Source of the DNA: a virus
Length of the DNA stretch: 64,000 nt
Direction: 5' to 3' (one strand)
Virus record (IMG/VR): IMGVR_UViG_3300006802_000089
Coordinates: 1-64,000 of that record
The notes below the pieces were generated by a model that saw only the letters and a list, made by a program, of their open reading frames with translations, made no database searches and was not told the origin of the DNA. Within the stretch, counting starts at the first letter, position 1; each line of letters begins with the position of its first letter. This document shows positions 29,717 through 40,200 of this stretch, piece after piece. Position numbers and translations under genes: made by a program.

Positions 29717-29744
29717 ATTATAAGAAAAATACTGAAGTATCCAA
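29717..29744 (-). promoter_or_regulatory. Class II promoter TTGGAT-N16-TATAAT, 6 nt before primase ATG
   Basis: Direct sequence match. Confidence 0.6.
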
Positions 29745-29914
29745 AGTATATGGCTTTGATATAATTAATATATAATATATGTCAGACACAAACATTTCAT
29801 TAATGGTCTAACGATTTCATTTATTAAATAAATTTAATTTCATTCAATCAGTTAAATTAATTAACTTTCATTAATTACAAATAAAATAGTAATTTAAATT
29901 TTAAAATCCAACCT

Positions 29915-30394
29915 TTATGCAAAAAACTTTTTCGGATTGTTTGCCGTTTCGCCTTGTTTCACACATTCCGATAACCATGCATCAGGTATCTGTTTTTTTG
30001 CTACATGCATGATACCCAGCTTGTTTGCATAAGCTTCATAAGTAGTTTTGCTGTTTTTTGATATGCGTTGATTAGGATTCTGAAACACCATGCGTATGTC
30101 TATTCCCGGATTAGAAGTCAAAACATGTTTCATTTTTTTGCGATCTGCTACGGTCCAACGACCCTTTGTTTCCACATACATGATTTCGCCGTTGCGTTTG
30201 GTAAATACAAAGTCTGGAGTGTATTTGTGTTTGGTTTCTGGTACTGTATAATTCAGTGTTTCTGTTTCATAATTTAATGGATATGCAGCTTCGGTTATTT
30301 GTTCTGACACTGATAATTCTAGTCCAGACTTGTAACCATGTTTATATGCAGCTTGTCGTGTTTTACTTGTGGTATTCCAATGATTTTTTCGCAT
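29915..30394 (-). CDS. Endonuclease, T7 endonuclease I-like (PD-(D/E)xK junction resolvase)
   Basis: YKSGLE, YE, YTPDF, VETKGRW...DRKK, DIRMVFQ, KTTY motifs. Confidence 0.88.
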   Translation of the reverse strand: MRKNHWNTTSKTRQAAYKHGYKSGLELSVSEQITEAAYPLNYETETLNYTVPETKHKYTPDFVFTKRNGEIMYVETKGRWTVADRKKMKHVLTSNPGIDIRMVFQNPNQRISKNSKTTYEAYANKLGIMHVAKKQIPDAWLSECVKQGETANNPKKFFA

Positions 30395-30408
30395 AACTTA
30401 ATTTTAAT

Positions 30409-31569
30409 TTACATATAGTCCCATGTTATTTCAATTTCTTTTGATGTTAACGTAGGATTTTCTTCAGTACCTGATTTAATAAGAATAAATGGAAATTTTA
30501 TGGTACCTTGATTATCGGTTGTAATTAAATCTTCAACATGTTCATAAACTTTGTCGACAGTTACTCGATTCAATGCTGTAATTTTCGATAATTTTGCCGT
30601 TTCACTAACATTTACACCCATACCTTGTTTTTCGAAAAATTCAACATATGAAGTTGTCAAAAAATCCGCAGCACCAATTTCATCATCGCCGTTTATCCAT
30701 CTATCAGCTCTCTTCCATAACGGATCCCAACTTTTAAACTCGCTAAAATAAAATTCTGCATCATCATCTAGTAATTCTTTTAGTTGCTTGCAAATAGTAT
30801 ATATTTTCGAATTAAATGCAATCTGTTTATCATAATTTTTACTAGTAATACCCAATGTTTCTATAGTAGGCAAATTGTTCTTTAATGAAATTGTATAATC
30901 ACCACCATCTTTAAATCCGGCTTGATCAAAAAACATATTCCAACTGTTATTATCTTCAGTAAATATTAATTGTGTTGTTCCGGCTGAATTATCTGCAGCT
31001 TCCGAATCATCTTTTTTGTCAGTAACAGCGGTTCCTGCTGTATTTGAAACATGTATGTGATTTTCATGTCGATCTGACTCGTTGTCACCACTTTTGTACC
31101 ATAATACAGATTTAGGATTATTTGAGTTTTCTACATTGTGGGTGTACCCCATGCCACTTAGTTGTTTTTGTAATCTATCTCCTAATAGTTTAAATTTATC
31201 TGGGTTTGACTTATACGTGTATCCGTTAAATGTTGCAATATCAACGGCTGCTCCTGGAGTACGAAAATGTCTTGAGTTATCCGTATGTGGACCTTTAGTT
31301 GTGCTATTGATTACTAACTTCATAGATAGAGCAGATGCAGCTAATTCCAAATCTGCCATAAGTTTTGGATTAACATTAGTATCTAAACCAGATGCAAATT
31401 CAACACTCCATTTCGGTGCAGATGTATCGTCAGTTGTATCGTCAGATGTAGTTGTAGTGTCAGATGTAGTTGTAGTATCAGATGTAGTTGTATCTTCATC
31501 GCTCCAAACATCCACTTCTTCGTCTTGTTCTAGTAATAAATTTTTTAATAATAATTGTTTATGTTTCAT
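30409..31569 (-). CDS. Zinc metallopeptidase-like (M15/LAS) protein, possible virion muralytic enzyme
   Basis: SRH...GAAVDI and HENHIHVS motifs; N-terminal LLKNLLLEQ and Thr-rich linker. Confidence 0.6.
   Translation of the reverse strand: MKHKQLLLKNLLLEQDEEVDVWSDEDTTTSDTTTTSDTTTTSDDTTDDTSAPKWSVEFASGLDTNVNPKLMADLELAASALSMKLVINSTTKGPHTDNSRHFRTPGAAVDIATFNGYTYKSNPDKFKLLGDRLQKQLSGMGYTHNVENSNNPKSVLWYKSGDNESDRHENHIHVSNTAGTAVTDKKDDSEAADNSAGTTQLIFTEDNNSWNMFFDQAGFKDGGDYTISLKNNLPTIETLGITSKNYDKQIAFNSKIYTICKQLKELLDDDAEFYFSEFKSWDPLWKRADRWINGDDEIGAADFLTTSYVEFFEKQGMGVNVSETAKLSKITALNRVTVDKVYEHVEDLITTDNQGTIKFPFILIKSGTEENPTLTSKEIEITWDYM
31442..31495. repeat. 3 x 18-bp tandem repeat (DTTTTS linker)
   Basis: tcagatgtagttgta(gtg/gta/tct) x3. 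Confidence 0.9.
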
Positions 31570-31580
31570 ATTTTTATATG

Positions 31581-33134
31581 TTATAGTTTGTTTAAAATTG
31601 TCAATGGTTTAGTTTTACCGTCGGCTCTTTGGAAATAAAATTTATTATCAGCTGGATTTAAAATAATTTTTTCATATTTATTCTCCGCCTCTGTGGCCCC
31701 TTTTTTCTGTAAAAATCTTAATTCTTTAGTAGTTGGATCTAATGTTATACGAGCTTTATAATCGTCGGAGTCAACCGCTTCTTTTGCGTTTGCTAACATG
31801 TCTAAATACACTGCATCGGACCAAGTACCATCATCCTTTTTCAGGAACTCTTTTCCGCTGATATAATACTTAGAATATTCTAATTTTACATTTCCTTGTG
31901 CATCAACCATTGCTATTGGGCCGGATAGCTTCTCATTTGCATTGTAAAATTGTATATTTCCACTGCCATCATCATCCCACCACTGCGTTTTCCGTTCTAT
32001 CCCATTCACATAGTTAGTTTTTCGATACACGGATCCATTTTTATTAAAACCAATTTCTTCGCCTTCTTTTTTGTCATTCACATAGTAGCGCTTTTTGAAA
32101 ACAGTGCCATCCGAATGGTACTCTATTTCTTCACCTTCTCGTTTTCCATCTACATAATTTCTAATAAATTCTTCTTGTCCAGATGCATAATACTCTATTT
32201 CTTCACCTTGTAGTATACCATCTACATAGTTTCTGACTGCTTTTTTTGTTTCATTCGAGTAATAATCTGTTTCTATACCTTCTCGTTTACCATTCTTAAC
32301 ATTGGTTTTCCTGATAATCGTTCCATGCTCACCACGTGTATATGCTGTACCGTTAAATAATTCATCATTTAATTTTAACGTGCCGTCTTCGTCAGTAAGA
32401 TCTGACATTGCAACTACTTTATCTTCTGCATCTATAGGTTTTAAACGATTTACAATAGCAACTTGTATTTTCGACAATAACGTCTTAATGTCTTGTTCAA
32501 GAAGTTCAATTTCTTTTATGCGTTCATCATATGATTGTTTAGTCATGAACAAAGAAGATCCGATTACAAATTCATTGGATCTCGGACGCATTCCAGATTT
32601 AGTTTTTACAGCAACCTGTACAGTTTCAAACGTTTGTACATAACTCTGCCATCCTTGCTGTAGCGCTGCATTCTGTTGTTCATATGACTGTATTGTTTGT
32701 GCGTCGACATCTCGTGTTCCATTTTCAGCATAGTATGCTATATCAGCTTGCAATTGCTTTTGTTGAGTAATTAACGTGTTATATGCCGCTAAAATTGATT
32801 CTGCTGCCGGAATAATAATAACATCTATTTTTCTGTCGGTAAATGGAACTGTTGCTATGTATACATATGTTCCGTCTGCATACTCGCCGGATGTACCATA
32901 CGTTTCATTGTCTTTTATCGAAGCGATATTTTGCTGCATCGTGCGATTTTTCTGAAATATAGTAAATCCTTGAATATCAATATAATTAACGTTGTATACA
33001 TCTGCATATTTTTTTTGTTTATTAAGCAGTTGTGTAGATTCCCATCCGGTTAGTTTATATTTTTCGGTGCCTCCTTGCTCAAATAAATTTTCAAGAATTA
33101 TTTGTTCTAACAATATATTATTATCAAATTTCAT
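31581..33134 (-). CDS. MORN-variant repeat protein
   Basis: About five 24-aa repeats, e.g. NYVDGKREGEEIEYHSDG; N-terminal ILLEQIILENLFEQ. Confidence 0.75.
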   Translation of the reverse strand: MKFDNNILLEQIILENLFEQGGTEKYKLTGWESTQLLNKQKKYADVYNVNYIDIQGFTIFQKNRTMQQNIASIKDNETYGTSGEYADGTYVYIATVPFTDRKIDVIIIPAAESILAAYNTLITQQKQLQADIAYYAENGTRDVDAQTIQSYEQQNAALQQGWQSYVQTFETVQVAVKTKSGMRPRSNEFVIGSSLFMTKQSYDERIKEIELLEQDIKTLLSKIQVAIVNRLKPIDAEDKVVAMSDLTDEDGTLKLNDELFNGTAYTRGEHGTIIRKTNVKNGKREGIETDYYSNETKKAVRNYVDGILQGEEIEYYASGQEEFIRNYVDGKREGEEIEYHSDGTVFKKRYYVNDKKEGEEIGFNKNGSVYRKTNYVNGIERKTQWWDDDGSGNIQFYNANEKLSGPIAMVDAQGNVKLEYSKYYISGKEFLKKDDGTWSDAVYLDMLANAKEAVDSDDYKARITLDPTTKELRFLQKKGATEAENKYEKIILNPADNKFYFQRADGKTKPLTILNKL

Positions 33135-33156
33135 CGTGTATCTTTATATATAAATA

Positions 33157-33699
33157 TTACCAATCTATCATCACTAAATTACCATTCCATGTCATTATGT
33201 TGTCTGGACGAAAGTCTATATCTAATTCAAATTCCGGCACACCTGTTTTCTGCACATCTGATTCCAATGCATTAACAAAATTAATAATTTTCACGTCCGT
33301 ATCTGCAACCACATCCGTTTTAGCAAAATCAAAAACGCTCTGCTCTCCGCCGGTATCTCTTTGCCAACGTTTATATGCATTAAAAAACTGATCAAGTTGT
33401 TGTCGCATAGAACCAGGTAAATCCGAAGCTCGACTCATTATATACATGCGCTGATTGTCATTATAGTAAACAGGAATAAAAGTTGAAAATTCTGCGTGTC
33501 GACCAGTTATAATTTCAGCAACACGGAATTCATCTAGTTCTGTAGTTATTTTAAACAGATAGTCTGTTCCGTTAATTTCATAGATACGACCATTGTCTCC
33601 TTTATTAAAAAACTTGAATTGTTTTTCTTTGATTAAATCCAATAATCGTTCTATCTCACTTTCCGGAGTTTCACGTAATATGTGTGACATTCGTATCAT
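33157..33699 (-). CDS. Protein-kinase-like fold protein with N-terminal MIRMSHILRE peptide
   Basis: KGDNGRIY Gly loop, LFKIT Lys, DE helix Glu, DFRPDN catalytic loop, IDW metal-binding motif. Confidence 0.7.
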   Translation of the reverse strand: MIRMSHILRETPESEIERLLDLIKEKQFKFFNKGDNGRIYEINGTDYLFKITTELDEFRVAEIITGRHAEFSTFIPVYYNDNQRMYIMSRASDLPGSMRQQLDQFFNAYKRWQRDTGGEQSVFDFAKTDVVADTDVKIINFVNALESDVQKTGVPEFELDIDFRPDNIMTWNGNLVMIDW

Positions 33700-35321
33700 A
33701 AGTTAGGCAAATCCTTATCTAAATCTACACGAACTAAAAAGTTGATATCAACATCTTCTCGTTTTTTAATTGGTTGTGCTAGTTTTGCAACAGCAATCAT
33801 TTCATTGCGATCATTATATAAACCTATAGTTGTGATGTATGGTTGAAAATCACTACCAGTTGCAAACGAAGCTATAGTAATGTCATCGTCTAGCAGTGTA
33901 GTAGGATTAGAAGAAACGTTTAAAGAACCTCTCGGAGCTCGTACAATTACTCCTAACTCGTAAATCGTCATGGTACTTTTGTAACTTGCGGTGTAAGCCG
34001 AATCTAAAACATAACGATATCGATAATCTATGCTAGATAAAACTGCTATTCCTTGTTTTTCAAAAACATTGCCAACATGATTGGTTTGAATGAATCCCAT
34101 GGTAGACTCATTACGATCATTTAATGCACTTATATTGCTAGTTGTAAGTGACTGGTTAAATATTCTAATTTCATCCAGATATCCGGTTAAATTAAAACTA
34201 TTACTGTTATAACCACCAATATACACATCATCTGTGTTATTTATAAAAGCACTTGCCGATAATGGATTAGAAACAGGTGTTAACAGACTGCTTGTTACTA
34301 CACTTTCCAACGCACCATCCAAATACAACTGCAAATAACTACCAGATTTATTCAGAACAACATGAGTCCAATCTGTTACTGTAACAGAACTAGTTACTTG
34401 TGCGATAAAATTAGAAGCACCTGCGGCACTTGCTACGATTTGATTGCTACCACTTAATTCTATTTTGAACGGATACTGTGTGATAGATCCTGATGCTGCT
34501 TTACCGATTATGAGCTGATTGTCTGATCCAGCATTAGAAGCTGAAACAAACAAAGATACTGCATAATTGTTATCTCGATCATACAATCCCGGTACCGTTT
34601 TTCTGATATATCCGCTGCCATTAAAATATGCAGATAATCCTATACTTTCAGATAATCCTGTGTTAGTAGGAACTCCGTTAGCAAATGTTAATCCGGATAT
34701 TTCATAATCAATTCTGCTAGTATCAAAATATTCATTGAATCCTTCGTAATATTTAACGCCAGATACTATAGATGCAGTATCATAAGCAACATCATATAAA
34801 TTGCCATATCTGTCAGCTTGTATGTTAAAATCTGCAACTCCGAATCCATATATACCCGATCCATAAACTGCAGCTCCATATACTCCAGCAGTTAAAAAAT
34901 CTCCTTGTATATTAAAAGAAGCTGGTTTTATTCCTTCGCCTATTCTTGGTTGTGGAATTGAAAAAACAGATGCAGATTTAAACAATATCTTTGTAGTTCG
35001 TTCTGCATTGTTTTGTCCGAAAGTATTGTATGGCTCGTCTGCTCTTCGATAAAATAAATGATCTAAAGAATCGTATATAATAAACTGATAAGATCCATTT
35101 GGGTTAGTAGCATCATTAAACGGCACACTACTGCTTATTGCTGGTAATCCATCTACATGTATCGCACGTAAAGGAGTTACATAACTTGAATCACTACCAG
35201 AATAAAAAGTCCAAGTACGATATGCCTTAAACGGATTAACAGTAACATCCGATTGCCGTACTCGATTATACGGCGTTGCAAATGTTCTGTCAATTGTTTC
35301 TAATAGATTTATTGTAGACAT
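33696..35321 (-). CDS. LamG/concanavalin-domain tail/baseplate protein
   Basis: WTHVVL...LYLDG...YIGG...GYLDEIRIFN LamG pattern; C-terminal YITTIGLYN..EMIAVAKL. Confidence 0.75.
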   Translation of the reverse strand: MSTINLLETIDRTFATPYNRVRQSDVTVNPFKAYRTWTFYSGSDSSYVTPLRAIHVDGLPAISSSVPFNDATNPNGSYQFIIYDSLDHLFYRRADEPYNTFGQNNAERTTKILFKSASVFSIPQPRIGEGIKPASFNIQGDFLTAGVYGAAVYGSGIYGFGVADFNIQADRYGNLYDVAYDTASIVSGVKYYEGFNEYFDTSRIDYEISGLTFANGVPTNTGLSESIGLSAYFNGSGYIRKTVPGLYDRDNNYAVSLFVSASNAGSDNQLIIGKAASGSITQYPFKIELSGSNQIVASAAGASNFIAQVTSSVTVTDWTHVVLNKSGSYLQLYLDGALESVVTSSLLTPVSNPLSASAFINNTDDVYIGGYNSNSFNLTGYLDEIRIFNQSLTTSNISALNDRNESTMGFIQTNHVGNVFEKQGIAVLSSIDYRYRYVLDSAYTASYKSTMTIYELGVIVRAPRGSLNVSSNPTTLLDDDITIASFATGSDFQPYITTIGLYNDRNEMIAVAKLAQPIKKREDVDINFLVRVDLDKDLPNL

Positions 35322-35324
35322 AGT

Positions 35325-35361
35325 AAAAACCCGTTACACTTTATTATAAATATAACGGGTT
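35325..35361 (-). terminator. Terminator-like hairpin with a late-promoter motif in its loop
   Basis: Minus strand AACCCGTTA-tatttataataaagtg-TAACGGGTT-TTT. Confidence 0.65.
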
Positions 35362-35381
35362 CAAATTGTGATGTTATTTTT

Positions 35382-36533
35382 TTAGTAATCTAATTTAACA
35401 CGAATCAATTGCTCTCTTGCAAAGTTTTTAAGAAGTGGCTTACTCATTTTTGCAACTGCTAACAATTCATTTTTCTCATTATACAATCCTACGGTTGTGA
35501 TATAAGATTGCGGATTTCCGATAAATGTGCTTTGCGCAAGTAATCCGTCAGAACCGGTTGTGTAAGAAGGATTGTTTGAGAAATTGTACTGGCCGTTTTT
35601 AACTCGTACAAAATAATTAGCACTAGTTATTTGTTGTGAATTTCGAGCTTGGAATCCGGTTGCAGAACCAGAAATAGAATGGAACAATGCAAAATGATTG
35701 CTACCTTCTGAATCTGACGTTGTATTAGTACTGAAATTCAATTGTTGATCCAACATTTTTCCGTCTAACACCATTACTCCATAATCTGGATAAAATAATC
35801 CGTAATAAACCGGAGCTGATGCATTAAAGACACCATTAGCTAATGAGCCAGATACAATATTATATACACGTCCAGATACTCCTACCGTTGCACTAGCAAT
35901 TGACGAGTCATCGATCAATGTAATAGATCCGCTATCTGCAGTTACTGTTACAGAACCAGTAGCATTTGTATCTCGTACGTCAATACCTATTAATGGTAAT
36001 TCAAAGTTTCCTTCATCTAATCTTTCTTTTACTCTGTTACGTTTAACATTGATAACATAGATTGAATCAGTACTACCAGATCCTGCAGTAACAAATCTAG
36101 ATGCTCCTTTTTCTAGTAGTAAATTTTTATATTGTGCATAAATTGCTTTTGACGCTGGATTTTCTTCTGTTCCTAAATCAGATGATCCAGATCCTAATGC
36201 ATGACCATATGCTGCAGCAAATTGAACTGCAGAACCATCGCTGCTAGGAGCATCATCGTAAATGTCGACATAATAACGTCGTTGTGATGTTGTCTGGGCC
36301 GAAGCTGTAAAAAATGTTGTTAAACTACCTACATTGCCTGACCATAATCCTGCAGTCACTGTTTGTTTGCTGTTAGTAACTACGTCATCGGGAGAAAATA
36401 CAGTATATGTATCTGTAGATACTTGTGATGCTAATAAATCAGCTAACGAATTAGTGTTTGTTATTATATTATTAGGATCGGCTATTCGGCCTTGTCTAGG
36501 AAGTTGTTTTAATTTTGAAATCAATGTTTTCAT
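35382..36533 (-). CDS. Tail/baseplate structural protein
   Basis: C-terminal YITTVGLYN..ELLAVAKMSKPL.K, paralogous to 33696..35321. Confidence 0.6.
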   Translation of the reverse strand: MKTLISKLKQLPRQGRIADPNNIITNTNSLADLLASQVSTDTYTVFSPDDVVTNSKQTVTAGLWSGNVGSLTTFFTASAQTTSQRRYYVDIYDDAPSSDGSAVQFAAAYGHALGSGSSDLGTEENPASKAIYAQYKNLLLEKGASRFVTAGSGSTDSIYVINVKRNRVKERLDEGNFELPLIGIDVRDTNATGSVTVTADSGSITLIDDSSIASATVGVSGRVYNIVSGSLANGVFNASAPVYYGLFYPDYGVMVLDGKMLDQQLNFSTNTTSDSEGSNHFALFHSISGSATGFQARNSQQITSANYFVRVKNGQYNFSNNPSYTTGSDGLLAQSTFIGNPQSYITTVGLYNEKNELLAVAKMSKPLLKNFAREQLIRVKLDY

Positions 36534-36555
36534 ATTTTATTTATTTTTATACGTC

Positions 36556-37191
36556 TTAACTTTGTACAGTAACAACTGTTGCTGGGTTAATCACTAAATT
36601 AATAGTAGCAGAACCTCCGGTTTCATTACCTATTATAGTAATAGTAGTAGTTTTAGTAGTATTTACTTGTTTTCCAGTTACTTTAAATGCAAATCCTACT
36701 AATGCAACACTTTGTGCATCCTGATTAACACCCAATTGTGTCGGAGCAATGTTTCCTGCTACTGGTTGGGTTACTTCTAATGTTGCTATGCTAGAATTTC
36801 CTAGAATTGCAGTATAACCAAAATTAACATTTCCATTCAATGTTGTATTAGGCGTAATATCCGCGGTAGCATTTGGGTTTAATACTATACTAGGGTTACC
36901 AACACTAACAACAGGAATATACGTGCTTTGTTTCGGTAGTGTAATAAGTTTATATCGAAGAGCTTGTGTTTCATCAGGAACAGCTTCAGTAATAGGCATA
37001 TTCTCTATCAAAGTACCGTAATAGTCAGTACCTAACGGATGTTCCGGATTCCATAAATTATAATCAACTTCATCATCCCCTAATGCAAATTGCACTATGT
37101 TAAAAGATCCATCTCCTCGTGACAGAAGTTCTCTTCCTTTTAATGTTAAAATAGCATCTACCGTAATAGAACTGTTATCTAAATATCCCAT
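36556..37191 (-). CDS. Tail/baseplate structural protein
   Basis: AILTLKGRELL...FALGDDE N-terminus resembling tail-collar domains; late motif upstream. Confidence 0.6.
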   Translation of the reverse strand: MGYLDNSSITVDAILTLKGRELLSRGDGSFNIVQFALGDDEVDYNLWNPEHPLGTDYYGTLIENMPITEAVPDETQALRYKLITLPKQSTYIPVVSVGNPSIVLNPNATADITPNTTLNGNVNFGYTAILGNSSIATLEVTQPVAGNIAPTQLGVNQDAQSVALVGFAFKVTGKQVNTTKTTTITIIGNETGGSATINLVINPATVVTVQS

Positions 37192-37241
37192 ATTCTTTTC
37201 TTTTTATATAAATATATACATGTTTAATTTATTGATTCATA

Positions 37242-40200
37242 TTAACTAGCGCTAGTAGCAGGTCCAGAATTACTAAAGTTTCCTGTAGTCTGATTATTAG
37301 TAACATTTATAACCTGATTAGGATTTGTAATAGTAGTTTCAACCGGTGGTCCGCCGTCTATGGTATCTTCCGAAGGTATATTAATATCCGGACTCGTTAC
37401 TTGTGTTCCATCGTAAAATGAATTATTCATACCATCAGGTAAATAATCTTGTGTATCTGCTGGATTTCCTGCAGGATCTTCAGAATATTCTGATGGAGTA
37501 GATGATTGTGCCGGTGGTATATAAGGTTCATTCGTATTTAATGCATCTTCAATAGCTTCAATCAATCCGTCTATATCTTCATACTCTCCTGATAATGAAT
37601 CATCATTAATCACATTTATAACACCATCTAAATCTTCATACTCGCCTGAAACGTTAGTTCCATCATCTGTTAAATCAATTTCAGCTTCATACGTAAATGT
37701 TTCACGTTCTATAGTAGGTAAAGCAGTGTCTTTGCTACGTTCTAGCAAATTAGGTTGAACTAGAATACCTGTTAAACGATCTACGCGGGCTGGTAATAGC
37801 TGATTTAATTGTTGAAAGAACGATAAATCATACAAAGTGAATATGCTAATATACGCATTAATATCATTGCTTTGTTCGTATTTCTTCCAGTAATCTACTG
37901 CAAATTGTGTTAAACGAGGATATGAATATTGTTCAGTATTTCCCGGATCTCCGATATAATCATCTAACACAGTAAATCCTAATTGTGCAATGATATCTTC
38001 ATCTATCATTGTTTGTGGAGAAAAATATACTCCTAGTTTTTTACTGTCTATCGGCGCATCATCCGTAGTGCTACGTGTTGCTCTGGTTATTACATCTAAA
38101 CTTCCAACTAGTTCATTATCCGTTAAACGTATTTTGTTGTCATCATAAGTGCCGGCAGCAATTGATATGCCATCATAATAATATGTTTCTTCTAAAGAGT
38201 CATAAGGAGTGTCAGTGCTCCAACCTGCAAAAGAAGCCGATATTCCAGACAGATTAGGTTCTACTCCAGATAAACTTGCAGTATCAGTATGATTGATTTT
38301 TTGTGATAACGGAGTTCTGAATACTAATTCATCATATGCATCCGTATTACCGTCATATGCAGCAGGAGCTTTAGTATGATTTTCAAATGGATCATCTTGT
38401 AATGATGTGTTCCATAATCTTAATTCTTGCACTTGTCCTTGCAAACGAACAGCTCCTGTGCTAGTTCCTCCTATTACCAATGTTCCTGGGTCTGTGATAG
38501 ATGCGGTAGCACTTGCAGAAGTTTCTGCAACAATTTTTCCGTATTTAGAACGTTTTGCTACTACTTCTAACAAACTTCCATTTGTTCTTAGAACCGTGTT
38601 CAACCAACCGCCATCAAACATTTCAATTGCAGCCGACGCAGTTCCGTTAATAAGTATGCTACCATATGTGCCGCTCTGGAAATCTATAGTTACATCATTG
38701 CCGTCAATTGTATACAAATGCATAGTTCCTGGCAGTGTTGGATTTTCTAAAACGTCATCTGTACGGAAACGAAGTTCTACACTGTTAACAGTTTCGTCAT
38801 AATTTACAGTTACTGTTCCTGCAGCATTATTAATTAAATCTAATGCATAATCAAAATTTAATTTTTCATACACAGGTCGCCGTGTGTTTCTTGGACCTCC
38901 ATATTCTTTAATAGTTATAAGAGTTTGTGGTATTCCGTAACATGCTAATAAAGATTGTATGCTTCGTTTAGTACCTTTAGATTTAAGTAATCCAGGAATA
39001 TTATTTACGATTCGACGCCATGTTGAAAATGTTAAATCTTGTGTAGGTGTTCCGGTACCGGTAACAGAATTTGAACCGGTATTTGGAGTTCCTGCCTCGT
39101 CTGTTCCGAGCAAATAACTCCAAAGTTCTTCTCCTTGTTTACCATCAATCAGATTCCATCCAAACTGTTTTGCTACTGAATATAATAATTCATTTGGCAT
39201 ACCAAGTTTAGGATTTTCTTCTCGTTCATGTATTTTAGACATATAATTAATATACGTGTAAAGTATATCATAATGTTGTCCTAACATGTTAACAAATGTA
39301 ATACCATTAACGTTTAATTCATTGAATCTGATATGTTCCGGCAATGCAGTTGCTAATGCATTTTCATTGAATGAATCATAATCTTGTGCGTATGATATTA
39401 AAGAATTGTACCATTCTGTAAATTGACTGCTAGATACTGCTGCTAATGTATAAGGCTTCGAAGAATTAGTTTTCGGAGCTGGCGCAATATAACTTCCGGT
39501 AACTTGTGGTACTGTTGCATTTGGTCTTGGATATGGATTACTGTAATATACCGATGATGACTCATAGTATAAAAACTTTTCAAAATTATCAAATCCACTA
39601 ATTACAGCTGTTCGTTCTGATTCAAAATCAGATGCATTAGTTGTAGCTACACTTCCACTCAATTGAGATACAGCTGCAGCTTGCGATGTATAAAATTCTA
39701 ATAATTCTAATTTGTATTTGAAATTTTCAACTCGTTCAGTTGCTGAACTATAAAATATAAAATTATTAAAATCAGTGTAATCAATATTCAGTTTAACACC
39801 TTGTAAACTTCCAGAAAAATATGCATCTATAATTTGTTGAGAAGTCTGTAATCCAGATCCTAAAATTTGTGTCCAGTTTCGGTATTCTGTAGGTGTAGAT
39901 AAATTAGCATCTGATATCGCATCCCAATTGGGTCCTGCTAACTGATTAAAGGTAACAACTTGTGACTCCGGACGAATTGATATCTTGTCAATATATGGCT
40001 GTTTTCGTTCTTCCACTACCCATAAACGGAAATCTTTTTCAATTTCATCATCTAACGGGTCAAACAATTTCACATATAAAAATTCTCCTACTACAACACT
40101 GTTAACAAAATGTGCTATTTTATTACGGCTGAAGTTTAATAAGAATGTTCGATGCGGAAATGGAGTTTGAAAAAATCCAACTGAATCACTTACATTGGTT

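Noticed and set aside
31421-31495. Possible CRISPR-like repeats
   Set aside because: Spacerless, in-frame 18-bp coding repeats; no CRISPR array or cas gene seen in the window
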